A stretch of DNA of 63,407 nt, the filler included, from Vannella sp. (lineage: Eukaryota), in assembly GCA_023345925.1 (NCBI GenBank). It is 5 parts of 5 records of this genome, joined end to end, with 100 filler letters (N's around TTAATTAATTAA, not from the genome) between each part and the next. Parts side by side here need not be neighbours in the genome. Positions count along the whole stretch, not along the records: positions 42,138 to 55,457 come from JAJQQN010000031.1; positions 55,558 to 63,407 come from JAJQQN010001170.1; 3 more parts are not named here. One strand, 5' to 3'. A program made the position numbers and the translations under genes. This document shows, piece after piece, positions 50,605-63,081 of the stretch. Position 1 is the first letter of the stretch. Each line of letters starts with the position of its first letter. Under the pieces are notes generated by a model. The model made no database searches. It saw only the letters and a program-made list of their open reading frames with translations, and was not told the DNA's origin.

Positions 50605-52721
50605 TTAATAAAGAACATTCCTGGTTCGCTTGTTTCGGTCTGTCACTGTTTGGAAGATTTGAAGGAAGGCGCTGAGCGCCAAGCAAGCAATGATGACTAT
50701 TTCGATGGTATTCCCCTGTCCAAACTGCTTCAGTTTTGTTTGGAATACTTCCATTCTTTCAAGTGTCTTTCTCTGTTCTATTTGGACTTGCTACGATGGA
50801 GTGAGGGAAGATATCTGCTTCCTCGTGGCAAGACACTTACCGCAAGTGTCTTCTGGACAATTGACATAGAGCTCATCATATCAGAGTACTCCACGCTATT
50901 CCTGAGCTTCCCATTGGAGTTGATATGAGCACTGGCCAAGGTCTCTAGATTGGTGATAGTTTGGGCCATCTGAGTCACAAATCCTGCCGATTGGGCCACG
51001 TCCGTTCTATTCAAAGGTCAGCGCTGGAATGTTAGTGGATCGCTTCACATACTTGATGTGAGTGCTTCCTGAGGCAATAGGATTCAGGGCATCCTGGAGG
51101 CGGCGGAGGCGGTCGTCGACACTGAATTGAGTCTCTTCCGATTCGCGCCCAAACGACTCCCGGGCTTGTCGCAGGGTGGCTTTGACCTCATCGTAGATAT
51201 GTTTGACATTGGTGCATTCTGTGTGGAGTTCAGCACAGTGCTCCACAGCAGCAAGCTTCTGATTGCGCTGTTGGCCTTGTCGTTGCAGAATGTCCTCCGC
51301 CAGCTTCTGGGCATCTTGAATGGTCTTGTCTTCGTTCACTAAGTGCTTCAGTTTGGCCTCTGCTTCCTCTTGTTGAGCAGCTAGAAGCCTCCTGGCTTCT
51401 TGAGCGGCTTCTTGTTGGAGTTTCGAGTCCTGTTGTGCCGCTTTGAGCTGTTTTTCTAGCTCAGCAATGAGTTCCTCCGTAGAAGCTTTGATTTCCGTGG
51501 GTGTGTCTTTCTTTTCCTCGGCAATAGGCTGTTCTACGGCCCCTTCAGCGGGCTGAGGCTCCTGTTGATCGTCACCTTGAGTGCGAATGGGCTGGTCCCT
51601 TCGTGTGGCGGCCTCTTCTGCTTGAATGCGTCTCATGGTCTCATCAGAAGCCTTTTGTTGTGCTGCCTGCGCCTCCATGGCATCAAGATCAAAGCCAACC
51701 TCGGGGTTCTCGCGAACCTCCTTCTCAGGCTTGGAAATGTCCGTTGGCATGGCCAGTTTGGGGTCCATTGTGTTGACATGGAAGGAGATCAAGTCATGCG
51801 TGTCTAAGGTAAAGTGAGCATGCATGTAGAGGGGTCAAGGAAGGAGCTGTGTACCTGTCAAGCCGCCAGTGGCGGCAGACATGGAGAAGAAGTAGCGGGC
51901 AGGCATCTCCACCTTTGTTGGTGCTGCGCATCGGATCCAGTCTCCGTTGTTTTGGGCATCTACGAAGAGCTGATCCCTTGGGTGAGGCTTAGTGGCAAGG
52001 AGGGAGAAGATCACGCACGTTGACCATCCCATTCTCGATGTACAGGTGAAGAAGGGAGCTCTTGGAGGGATTACGGTAGTTGATGGGACACGATGCTAGC
52101 AAGGTACTGCTCCCATCTGTCTCAAAGCGAGAGATAAGACTGCCATTGTTGTAATGAAGGGCAATCATCGGATGGCGCCCTGTTCCATCGTTATCGTACG
52201 TGTCCATCACAACAAGAAGGCCAAACCACTGGTCTAGGAGAGGTATAAGTCGCTATCAAGGCACCAAAGTGTTGCAGGAGACTCACCAGGGCCTCCAAAG
52301 ACGGGCCCTTTGTTAATGACTGAGTCTGTGAGCCAGAGGGCAAGGCCATCAGCACCCTGTCTTGCAGCAGAGTGAACACGGAACTCCAAAGTGAGTTCTA
52401 CACTCTCCAAGAAGAAAGGGCGGCGATTGATGAACTGCCCAGAGCGTCCTTTCTCATTCGTGGTCAATCGGACTGATTCCTCCAGCACCAAGGTATCTCC
52501 ATGAGCCTCCCAACCAGGTACAGCCGCCAGACCTTCCCCACCACGTCAGCATCTCTTCCAAAGGACCAGAACTCCCTCAACCGACCTGCAGGAGGGAAGA
52601 ACGGCGGCTCAAACGAGAAGGAGCGCAACATCCGAGCCGCACCATGGTCCCCAAAGCACTCCACATGCACAACAACGATCAACAGCCCCAGCAAACCCAT
52701 CCGCCCGGCCAGTCCCGCCAT
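50605..52721 (-). CDS. L-type lectin cargo receptor (ERGIC-53/LMAN1-like), multi-exon
   Basis: Signal peptide, SFEPPF, VRLT, GADGLALW, GPVFG, DTYDND, SAATGG, long coiled coil, TM helix and KRTRNVLY tail. Confidence 0.85.
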
Positions 52722-52796
52722 CCCCACCACCCAGCAGCGACAGAATGACCTCCCACCACCCACTTCCTCACTTTTTCCTGGCCAGGGAGCGCGTGG

Positions 52797-55193
52797 ATGT
52801 GGTCTCGGACGTTGGGCTCGCGAGGTTGGGCGGTGGGGAGAGAGAGGGCGTTCGCTGTGAGCTTGAGGAGGACAGACGCGTGTCGGGGGCTATCATCTAG
52901 TCGACCTGTACTTGTGTATCAACCGGAGATGCCGTTGGACGAGATCAACCAGAAGATCGTCAACTTTGGGAAGGCGAAGGAGCTGGATCGAGCCTTTGGC
53001 ATGTACAACTACATCATCAATGAGCTGTATATGGCGCCGAGCTGTAAGACAGTGGCTCTGTTGATTGACGCGTGCACCAAGTCACAAGCGGTGGAGCGGG
53101 GCTTCGACTTGTTCTATCAAACCCAAGCGGACGGTCTTCAGCCGGATGTTGACGTCTACAACGCTCTCTTGGGGCTGTGCTCTGCCACTTCAAAGTACGA
53201 TCGTGCAGCGCTTATCCTCCAGCAGATGAGGGAGCGTTCGATCACTCCTGATCTGATAACAGTCCATCGCCTCATCCAGTTGGCACTCCAAGCGGGGAAG
53301 GTGGAGGAGGCTGTGGCTAACTTTGACCGCATTCAAACGCTACCCTTTGACGCCACTGTAGTGACGTACAATCTGATGATCCAGGGTCTACTGAGGGGAG
53401 GACATAAGAGCTTGGGTCTCTCCTTCTTCCAGAAGATGAAGGCGGCGCGCTTGATACCCAACCATGACACTTACAGTATGCTCATTGATAAGAGTACCAC
53501 AGAAGAGGCGCTACAGCTCCTCACAGAGATGAAGACGTACAAGATCAAAGCCACTCTGTCCATTTACAACTCGTTTATCGCCGCCTGTGGCAAGGACGGC
53601 TCGATTGACAGTGCGATGGAGGTCTTAAGCATCATGAAAGAGAACAATGTAGCGCCCGATCGGGTCACCTTCAACACGCTGATGGCTTGCACTGTCAAAG
53701 GAAAGCAATACGAGAAGACTGTGGAGCTCTTCAATCAGTTGGTTGCAAGTGGTATTGAGCCCACCCTGCCCACATTCAACACTCTGATTGTCCGGCACAG
53801 TAAAGTGGGAGACATTGACGCGGTGGTCCAGACTTTGAGTGAGATGGACTCTCGCAAGATCTCTCGTAACTTGACGACCTACCACGCCCTTCTAGAGCTT
53901 TGTATTAAGCGCAAAGATACGGCTTCTGCAGACCGTTTCCTCACTCGCATGGCCGAGGACGACATCAATTACACTGAAGTCACTCAAAGGTACATGAAAC
54001 AGATCGATGGACTCCGCGAGAAGTTCCCTGTCGACCCTAAACAGTCGGAGATCTCTCGTAAAGGGGGAGATGGTGGTCTAGGCGATGAGGAATTGAGAAA
54101 GCTGTTGCCAGAGCAACGTTTGGAGTACGAGGAGATGCGCCGTTCATTCGAGCACATTCGGAATAGGACTTTCGATTCTTCTACTCTACAGGAGTACGAG
54201 CAAAAGGAGATGGAAGCGCTGATGGAGCAATGCAACTTTGTGAATACTTCTACAGGGCTTCGCCTTAAGGATGGTACCAGAGGGAAAGGGAGGCCAGGAA
54301 CATTGGCAGCTTACTGCGATCTGATTGAATTGTGTGGAGATATGGAGGATATGGATCGCTGTTTTCAGATCATCCAATTGATGAAGGAGCAATCTGTTGA
54401 GTCAGTCCCAGTGAACGTGTATAACGCAGTGATTCGTGCATGTGGAAAGAGCGGGGAGCTTCCAAGGATGGCGAATGTGGTGGATCTAATGGATGAAGAC
54501 CAAGTCAGTGTTGAGGTTGAGACCTACAACTCAATCATTTCTGCACATACCATGTGTCTTCAATACCGTGAAGCTGTGGAGATACTCCAAGTGATGGAGA
54601 GCGAGGACAAGGTTCATCCCAATGCACGTACCTTTGAGATACTCCTGGAGATGATGGTGTCCGAGATGCAGGACCGCGAGGCAGAACAAAGCGTTAAACA
54701 GGAAGAGAAAGAGCAAAGGGAGAGACAAGAGGAGGGCCAAGAGCAGAACATGGAAAGGGATCAGGGAGAAAGCTTAGCAGAGACTCAGAGTGGCACAGAA
54801 AAGGAAGGCGACAAGGAGTCAAGTGACGAAGAAGAGTCTACTGATGAGGAGATTTTGGACATGATTCGCCTCACTATGGCTCGCGTTGAGACCAGTAATA
54901 TCAAGAAGGATGCAAATCTGTGGGTTCAGCTCATTTGTGCGCATTTTACTCTGAAAGAGTATTCACTTGCAGTCCAGCAATATCTTGCGATGCGCGAAGC
55001 CGGTTTCTCACCCACATCCGAGGCTATGGGAGTCATTCTCAGCATTGCCGCTGGGACTAACGATGAGGAATTGGCTCAGAAGATCTACAGCGATTTCGGG
55101 TCGATGGCAGAGGGCCCTGAACGTGACATCATGCGGGAAATAGTCACTAATTCTCTCCATCGTTCTGCCAAAGATGAACCAGAAGACATCTAA
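52797..55193 (+). CDS. Pentatricopeptide-repeat protein, likely mitochondrial
   Basis: 35-aa PPR repeats (YNALL, TYNLMI, TFNTLM) and an Arg/Ser-rich presequence. Confidence 0.92.
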   Translation: MWSRTLGSRGWAVGRERAFAVSLRRTDACRGLSSSRPVLVYQPEMPLDEINQKIVNFGKAKELDRAFGMYNYIINELYMAPSCKTVALLIDACTKSQAVERGFDLFYQTQADGLQPDVDVYNALLGLCSATSKYDRAALILQQMRERSITPDLITVHRLIQLALQAGKVEEAVANFDRIQTLPFDATVVTYNLMIQGLLRGGHKSLGLSFFQKMKAARLIPNHDTYSMLIDKSTTEEALQLLTEMKTYKIKATLSIYNSFIAACGKDGSIDSAMEVLSIMKENNVAPDRVTFNTLMACTVKGKQYEKTVELFNQLVASGIEPTLPTFNTLIVRHSKVGDIDAVVQTLSEMDSRKISRNLTTYHALLELCIKRKDTASADRFLTRMAEDDINYTEVTQRYMKQIDGLREKFPVDPKQSEISRKGGDGGLGDEELRKLLPEQRLEYEEMRRSFEHIRNRTFDSSTLQEYEQKEMEALMEQCNFVNTSTGLRLKDGTRGKGRPGTLAAYCDLIELCGDMEDMDRCFQIIQLMKEQSVESVPVNVYNAVIRACGKSGELPRMANVVDLMDEDQVSVEVETYNSIISAHTMCLQYREAVEILQVMESEDKVHPNARTFEILLEMMVSEMQDREAEQSVKQEEKEQRERQEEGQEQNMERDQGESLAETQSGTEKEGDKESSDEEESTDEEILDMIRLTMARVETSNIKKDANLWVQLICAHFTLKEYSLAVQQYLAMREAGFSPTSEAMGVILSIAAGTNDEELAQKIYSDFGSMAEGPERDIMREIVTNSLHRSAKDEPEDI

Positions 55194-55457
55194 CCTTAAC
55201 GCCTATTTGAATCAGTTCTACCCAGAGAACGAACATAAGGAACCTACTCAGCCCCAACTTCTATCTCAGAGCAGAGTAGATTCTTAATGTAACACATTGC
55301 TGTCCTATCAATGCATTAAGCTGAAGAAAAGGGGAAAGAGGGTTGTCCTGGTGCTCTCAGTACCAGTGATAACGCCAGAGTCAGTGATGACAAAACTCAC
55401 TGGAGGGACGCCGACTCGGGCAGGAGTCTCTGGTTAGTTGGCGATGTAGGTGGCTCC

Positions 55458-55557
55458 NNNNNNNNNNNNNNNNNNNNNNNNNNNNNNNNNNNNNNNNNNN
55501 NTTAATTAATTAANNNNNNNNNNNNNNNNNNNNNNNNNNNNNNNNNNNNNNNNNNNN
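55458..55557. other. Artificial contig linker
   Basis: N spacer with TTAATTAATTAA. Confidence 0.98.
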
Positions 55558-55683
55558 TATGGTCCAGTGGGGGCCGCCCGTGGCGTCATAAAAGGCTAGA
55601 AGAGAGTCCTTCTGAGACTGAGGAACGGCGGCAGTAACAGAGAGAAGCAAAGTGAGGAAGAGAATCAAATGCCGTGGGCTCAT
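55558..55683 (-). CDS. 5' fragment of a secreted LRR-receptor-like protein
   Basis: Signal peptide followed by QKDSLLAFYDATGGPHW (LRR N-cap-like); cut off by the linker. Confidence 0.65.
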
Positions 55684-55804
55684 GTGCACAAGGAGAAGAA
55701 AAAGTGCGAAATTATTCCTTCGCAAGATTTCCCGCATTTTTGAGACATTTATTACCCCAATTTCCCATGAGCTACCGATTTCACTGCTTGGAAGCAATTA
55801 TTGG

Positions 55805-56371
55805 ATGCCAGAGGAGGGCAGGAAGGGGGTCTTCGTGACTGTGGGGACCACTCAATTCCAAGAGCTGGTGGCGATGGCTCTTTCCCCATCTGTTAAGAGA
55901 GAGTTAGTTGATCAGGGCTTTAGGGGGTTGGTGGTGCAGTACGGGAGTGGGCAAGCAGTCGTTGCGGAAGATGCCAACGCCTTACCTGGTCTGGAGGTGG
56001 AACAGTTTGCTCTGAAGCCCTCAATCCTTCCCTACTTTGCCAACAGCTCTCTTGTTATTTCACATGGAGGCTCTGGAAGTATCCTCGAGGCTCTCCGTGC
56101 AGGGAAACCTCTGATTGTTGTGATCAACCGCTCCTTGATGGATGATCACCAAACAGAACTGGCAGAGAAGCTGGCAGAAGAGAACTATCTGGTCTCTACA
56201 GGTTGGCAATCCTTCCTTCCTTCCAAAACAGCTCGCTTATCTCGTGTAGACTGCGACGGATTGCTCCATGTCCTACAAGAAGGCCGATGGAGGACGCTGG
56301 TACCCTTCCCAGCTCCTACAGAGAGCAACCCTTTCATGGAAGCACTTGACCGTCATATGGGCTTCTCATGA
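55805..56371 (+). CDS. ALG13: UDP-GlcNAc transferase catalytic subunit ALG13
   Basis: VFVTVGTTQF, VISHGGSGSILEAL and LMDDHQTELA; one probable in-frame intron near 56202-56249. Confidence 0.93.
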   Translation: MPEEGRKGVFVTVGTTQFQELVAMALSPSVKRELVDQGFRGLVVQYGSGQAVVAEDANALPGLEVEQFALKPSILPYFANSSLVISHGGSGSILEALRAGKPLIVVINRSLMDDHQTELAEKLAEENYLVSTGWQSFLPSKTARLSRVDCDGLLHVLQEGRWRTLVPFPAPTESNPFMEALDRHMGFS

Positions 56372-56423
56372 GCCTCAACAAGATGCGAATCTCACACTAT
56401 CTCAAGGAACATAGCCTTTAGGT

Positions 56424-57794
56424 TTACGTAGGGGGGCCGGGGCTCAAGAACGGATCATTCATACTTCCAGGAGAGCTGGAAAGAGACGCTGGATCGAAGG
56501 CAGGAAGCAACGGCTCGCTCATAGGGCGAGGTCGAGTAAAACCAGCGAAGCTGAAGAATGGTGGAGCGGCAAAGACTCCCGTCTCGAAAGGAACCTGAGA
56601 ACCAGCCATGAAGGGAGGTGGAGGGTAGAAGGCACTCTCTAGCGGGTCAGGCTGGAAGCTATAGTACGACCGGCGAGCCATCGTAGCCGGTTCTGAAGTC
56701 TGCGGAGCCGAACTCTGCCATCTGAACGTTGAATAGAAGCCGTGTGCATCATCTGAGGACAACGACAAAGGCATGGTAGGATTGTAAGTAGGAAAAGGAG
56801 TTGGAATGGGAGCTGGACTCTCAGTGTGGGAAGATAAGAACACTTTTGAGAGGGACGGGTTGGAGTTCGACCGCTGTCTCACACCCAAGGGGCTCGTTGC
56901 CAGTTGCCCCGCATGTGTCTGCAGCTTCTCTACCGTCTTTGAGTGAGCAGAGAGCCAGGAGCGGATGTCGTCAAGAGGAATGGCTGGAAGGTAGTGCTTT
57001 TGCATCAAATGCGCCTTCAGATCGAACTGTACAAGCAATCAGAGACTTGTCTCGAAGCCACTAATACACTTACGTTATGCTCATGCGCTGTAGCACGGGC
57101 AGCATGGAGGAACTCCTCGAAATGTCCCGATTCCTCCTCACCTTGGTCTCTTGTGAGTCAACAATGAAGCCCTGAAGGAACCACTCACTTGGCTTTCTTT
57201 GTTCCTCCCGTTTGACGTCTTTCCGCTTCTAAACAAGCGTGAGCGAAGGGAGAGGACGAGGAAAGGGGACCCACCAAGCGGAGGAAGTACTTTTGAGCGT
57301 GCGTGCGCACTTGTGTGGAGTTTCGTGTCCCAACATGGTTGGCTATAGCTTTGACATCCTTTGGACCAAACCTGGGAGGGAATGAGTGAATGGGCTCGCC
57401 TTGGGAGGGGGAGAAAGGGAGAACGGACATTTTCAGGGCTTCTAAGAAGCGAGTGTGCTCTTCATCAGACCAGTATCGACTCTGTCCCTGAAGGAGAGGT
57501 CAGTAGGTGGCTCAAGGGAGGCGGAGGGACTCTCACGTGGCGAATTATGGGGTCCTCTTCGGTCTCTGGGGATTGTCCGAGGAGCTGTGCCTTCAATGAG
57601 CTTATCTCTCTCTCTGCAGCTTCAAGCTTGCGCTTGAGATCAGCAATCTCCTTCAAATAGTCCTCCTTCGATGCGACGGGCAGGGAAAAGCTCGCGCCAG
57701 ACTCCCACGTGCTCTCTTCCGTATCCATCAGACAATCAGCTTCACTCCCCTCTGGCGAATGACTGACAGCGTTCGCCTGACCTCTCTGATCCAT
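56424..57794 (-). CDS. SHAQKYF-class MYB-related transcription factor (copy 1), 5 introns
   Basis: Spliced [35 protein letters not shown], preceded by a short coiled coil. Confidence 0.88.
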
Positions 57795-58117
57795 CACAAC
57801 ACGAGGGGAATGATTCACCAGAACACCCGAGTGCGGAAGAAAAGGCTCCGGAACATTCCGTGATTCTCCCTAATCGGGCAAATCTCCAATAGGAAGCCAC
57901 TTTTCGGCCCTCTTTAGTTGTTCGAATGCAAAGTTCGAAACACGAGGCCATCTGGATGACCACATCCGCCTCACCAATCATGTTTTGCGTTCTGACTTCT
58001 GATTGGCTGATCCAACACTTGTGTTGATTCTGTTCTCCTGGGTCTATCAGAGAGTTGATTGGCAAAGTCTAACAAAATCTGGGTGAGCCCCCCTGAGTGA
58101 ATGATCGCCAAACTGGG

Positions 58118-58300
58118 CAGAAGGGAACTACCTGGTCTCTTCAGGTTCGAAGCAGCTCGCTTATCTCATGCAGACGGATTGCTTCATCCGTACAAGAAGG
58201 CTGATAGAGAATGAGGTCCATTGGAAGCTCTGGGAACCATTTAGCCTCATGAGTCTGAACAAGATGCCACTCTCACACTATCTTGAGGAAGGTATCCTTT
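58118..58300 (+). pseudogene. Decayed duplicate of the ALG13 3' end and 3' flank
   Basis: GAACTACCTGGTCTC..CAGCTCGCTTATCTC..TACAAGAAGGC..CTCACACTATCT matches 56180-56410 with deletions and stops. Confidence 0.75.
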
Positions 58301-58328
58301 AGATTTACATTTGGGGATCAAGAGGGGA

Positions 58329-59958
58329 TCAATCAAACCTCCATTGAGAGCCGGGACGAGTGCTAGTGCAGCTAGAGGGTGGTGTGAGGGGTGGACGAAA
58401 GGTAAATACTCCATCAATAGGAACCTTAGACCTTTTGAGAATGGAGGAGGAGGTGGACGCGGCAGGAGGTGGACGCGGACGCTGACGCAGGAAGGCTTTC
58501 TCTAGCGGGGCAAGCTGAGTAAAGGGTTCAGCAGTAAAAACTCCCTCAAGAGGAGCCTGAGAAGGAGCATTGACAGGAGGTGGTCGTTGGAAAGCGCTCT
58601 TTAGCGGGCCAGGCTTATCAGTTAGGGCTCCAATCTTAAAGGGAACCTTATGATCAGCGTTGTCAGGAAGTGGAGGGTGTAAGGTACTCTCTGGGGGACG
58701 GGTCTGTGTGAAGGGTTTAACAGTCAAGACTCCACTCTCAACAGGAGCCTTAGGATCAGCATTGATAGGGAGTGGGGTTAATGTGCTCTCTGGCAAGTCA
58801 GACTGGAGCCTTGAGAACGAAAGTTCTGAAGGCTCTTCAGTCTGCGGAGCCGTACTCCGCCTGCTGGCGGAAATTGAGGAATAGCTGTTTGCAGAATCTG
58901 GGAACAATGAGAAAGGCATGGCCGGAAGGGGGTCTTGAAGAGGAGATGGAATGGGAGCTGGGCTGTCATTGTGGCAGGTTAAAGACACTGTCAAGGGAGT
59001 GTGGTTTGATTCCGACCGTTGTCTCGTGCCCAAGGGGCTCGCCATTCGTTGCTCGGCATCTTTTTGCATCTTCTCTACCGTCTTTGAGTGAGCAGAGAGC
59101 CAAGAGCGGATGTTGTCAAGAGGAATGTCCAGTAGGTGGTACTTTTGCATCAGCTGCACCCTCAGATCGTACTATACAAGCCATCAGAGAATGCTCTTAA
59201 AGATACTGATGTACCCACGTTTAGCTCATATGCTGTAGCTCGGGCAGCATGGAGAAACTCCTCGAAATGTTCCGATTCCCCCTCACCTTAGATCTCTCGT
59301 CAGTCAACAATGAAGCCCTGAAGGAACCACTCACTTGGCTCTATTTCAACTTCCCGTTCCTTCCCCCTCTTAACAAGCGTGAGCGAAGGAGAAGGACGAG
59401 GAATGGGAACTAACTCACCAAGCAGAAGAAGTACTTTTGAGCGTACAAGCGCACTTGGGCGGAGGTTCGTGTCCCAACGTGGTTGATTATGGATTTCATG
59501 TCCCTGGGGCCAAACCTGGGAAGGAATGAGTGAATGGACTCGCCTTGGGAGGGAGAAAGGGGAACAGACTTATTCAGGGCTTCTACGAAGCGAGCGTGCT
59601 CTTCGTCAGACCAGTATCGGCTCTGTCCCTGCAGGAAAGGTCAGCAGATGGGTTAAGGGAGGTGGAGGGGACCCACCTGGCGAGGCCGCCTGAAGTCCTT
59701 TTCGGTCTCTGGGGATCGTTCGAGGAGCTGTGCCCTTAATGAAGTGATCTCCCTCTTTGCAGCTTCTAGAGTATGCTTGAGATCAGCAATCTCCTTCAAA
59801 TGGCCCTCCTGAGAGGCAATAGGCTGGGAAGAGCTCTCGCCAGACTCCCACGTGCTCTCTTCCGCATCCTTTAGACAGCTACTTGTCTCCGATGAAAGAT
59901 TGTTGGGAGCACCGGTCACCCCTCCCCACCCCACCACTTCACAAGCGGGCCGATCCAC
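58329..59958 (-). CDS. MYB-related paralogue (copy 2); frame and splice sites intact but no N-terminal ATG
   Basis: Collinear with copy 1; [28 protein letters not shown]; the position of copy 1's start codon reads GTG. Confidence 0.65.
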
Positions 59959-60142
59959 TGGACCTGACCGAACAGCCCGTGAATGCGTCGTGCTGGTGGG
60001 GAAATGTTCCCCGTTTTGGAACCAGTGGATTTTGATTGGGTCCCTGTTTTCCCTTTGTCAGTGGTCTGATCAAAAAGAAATGGAATACACTCTTTAAAGT
60101 AAATTCACTAATCAACCCTGTTTTTGGTCATTTTGTGAGGAG

Positions 60143-60750
60143 ATGGCGCAGTGGGGTCGGATCTCCATCTGGGATGCTGCAGCAGATGGCGACCTGGAGA
60201 AGGTGAAACAGAAGCTTGCAAACGGCATTGTGGCTGTTGATGGCCAGGATGCCAACGGGAAGACTCCCCTTATGGAGGCAGCTCGTTGGGGCTACTTGGA
60301 AGTGGTAAGAACCGACGGAGAGTGTGACAGCAGCGCCTTCCTTACATCAAGGTACTCTAGGTCCAGTACTTACAAGAGCAAGGGGCAGACATCAACAAGA
60401 CCACCACGGAGGGCGCGACACCCCTCCATATCGCCGCTGAAGGGGGTCACAACCACATCGTCAGCTTCTTGCTCGACATTGGCGCAGGCGTCAACACGCA
60501 GAACAACGCAGGAGATACTCCCATCATGAATGCCGCTGGGCGCAACAAGCCAGAGACAGTCGCCCTCTTGATGCAACGTGGTGCGGATCTTACCGTCAAG
60601 AACACCAACCGTAAGACCGTCTTCGATCTTGCTGCCCATGACGATGTGACCAAAGCTCTCAAGCGTAAGTGTGACACTTCCTTTGGCCTCTCCTCACACA
60701 AATGGGACCTTCAGAAGGCCAAACCTACGTCTCTGAGTCCAAGTACTAAC
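60143..60750 (+). CDS. Small ankyrin-repeat protein, 2 introns
   Basis: IWDAAADGD, GKTPLMEAA, GATPLHIAA and GDTPIMNAA; the 3' end is approximate. Confidence 0.85.
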
Positions 60751-60936
60751 TCGTCAGCCTTCTCCTTCAAGAGAATAAACAAGCCAACCATGACTCAGAC
60801 CCTGCGACTCCCAAATGGACCCAAAGTGGAAGGAAGGGAGAGGAAAGGATGAACAATCATGTCAAGCAAGGACTTGGCGGTCAAGAAGAAGGAGAAGGAG
60901 TAGAAGGAGGTTCTGGTGAACCTAAACACTCAAGAC

Positions 60937-62527
60937 TTAATGGTCCAGGATACGAAGGTTGCCAGAAACAACCTTATTCTCCAAAATGGCACCCGAAGGA
61001 ATGTCAATCCTCTGTCCAAAGTTCGCCACGATGATGACAGTCCCCTGGCCAAGCATATGAGCATATGAAACCAACGTGAGATGAAGAGAAGGGCTTACCC
61101 GGAGGACGACATTGGACCCGAAAGTCACATCACCAGAGACGGTGAGGTGGTCAAGCTCAAGGATGTTGGGGATCTTTGAAAAGCGCTTCTGGTAGTCACT
61201 GACATACTTGAAGCTGTCTCCCAGCTTAATCAAAGGGATGGTGCTGAAGGGACGTTTGGGATTGACCACCAAAGTTCCAGCAGACAGCGTGTAGATGTTG
61301 CTCTGCACCACAAAGAGATCGCTTGTGCTCTTCACAGGAAGGAAGCGACTACGGGGGACGTTGACACCGTGAGAGCCCCGGAAGTACTCAATGGCGGCAC
61401 CGGCAGCTCGCTCTAGTTGGATGACAGTGCGTCCGTTGTACTCCTTAAGGTTGGTGATGATGTCCATCGTGTTGAGGACTTTGCTCTCCACCTTATCCTG
61501 GATGGCAGACAGCTTCACCCACATGTTGTTGGTGTTGAAGATTTTAAACTTCTTGATGCTCTTGAACTCGTCCACGTGTGCAGAGTCGACCTGGGCGATC
61601 TCTAAGAGCTTGGCCTTGCCTTCATAGTCGATGAGAGTGCCACCTTTGATGTCCGCCAGGGTCTTGTCAGTCACCTCCATGATGAACTCCGCCTTGGACT
61701 CGACCATGTGGTGGAGGATGTCTATTGCAAGCTCAGTGGGTGCATTCTAAGCATGTACATGGTCTATACGTACGCATATCAACAGTAGCACCGAGGTTAT
61801 CAATGTTAGAGAAGAAGATGTACTCTTTGCCCGCACTCTGCAACTGTTTGAAGGCGGGGCTGGCGTAGAAGGCTTGGTAGACATCACCATGACCAGGGGG
61901 ATACCAATCTCCCAAGTCTCCATCGATCTCTGTGCAAGCAGGCTTCAGAGAGTCCTTGTAGATGCGAGGGAAGCGGTTCTGGTTGAAGGTGAGGATGGTG
62001 ACTTGGGAGTTCTTGTACTTGTGCAAGATCTTCTCTGTCTCTTCGTCTGTGTTGAAGGAGTTCATCAGAACGAGGGGTACGTTGACCTGGTAAGCCTTGT
62101 TGAGAGACTCAATCTGGCGGACAGTAAGGTCGAGGAAGGAGAAGCCAGAGTGGACTTCAATAGCAGACTTGGGTCCTGTGCATCCCATGCTTGTACCCAG
62201 CCCACCATTGAGCTTCAGAACCACGAGCTTGGAGAGAAGTTCGCGTGTTTCTTCAATAGAAAGGTCCACTTTGATGTCCTCATGTGGTAGGATCATGTCC
62301 TCTGGAGGCGACTTGATCTTGTCCCAACTGATTGGCTTGGAAGAGTGGTTAAGGAACTGCTGGAACATGTTGCTGAACTCTTTCATTTGCCGCAAAAAGT
62401 CCAGCTTCTTGTCCTCATCAGACGATGTCTCCGCCACTGCATTCAAGCAGTGAGTCATCGTCTCTACAGCAGCGCGAGTCTCCTGCTCTTCAACGACATG
62501 GTGGGAAGGGCTGCGCTTGAGGCTCAT
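60937..62527 (-). CDS. UGP1: UTP-glucose-1-phosphate uridylyltransferase, 2 introns
   Basis: [44 protein letters not shown] and RFLPVK. Confidence 0.97.
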
Positions 62528-63081
62528 CTCGTGAAGGAATGGCAGGCCAATCAAAGTCGTGTATTCTTTCTCTGAAGGAACAAATTCCAGGAATTGGAAA
62601 TGGTGCGACTCCGAAGGGCACGCCAGAACCCAGAGGCATGGAGGGGACTCAAAGGGCCACCACTGAAATCCAAACTTTTTGTTGCAGAGGCTCTTCCACC
62701 AGCTCCAACATTGCTACCAGTGGTAGGTGTGATACCCCTTTATCTGCGAACTTAGGGCGATTGTAATGCTCAGGTCTCGAAATAGAGTCTGGCGAAGCTG
62801 TGGAACCAAACGCCTCCAAACAGTCTTTCCACCAGAACCTTGGAGATGAGGAAAGCAAAAACAATCGCTTCTTTAATGTTTCAGGCTCACGGATATCCGG
62901 GAGAAGGTAACCAAAAGCCCATCCAAACCTACTTTCTCGTTGCAAATCTGTTTCTCCCTCAGACACTTTTGGGCCAAACTTAGTCCATTTATGCTCCAAT
63001 TCACCAGTGGTGAGATCGCCAACAACTCAAAATGATAATCTTGATTGATGAGGTCCCTCTACTACCAGAGCCACTGATTGG

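Noticed and set aside
62649..62999. Short minus-strand ORF upstream of UGP1 (also 30037-30357)
   Set aside because: No recognisable motif and no ATG at the predicted start; not supportable as a gene.
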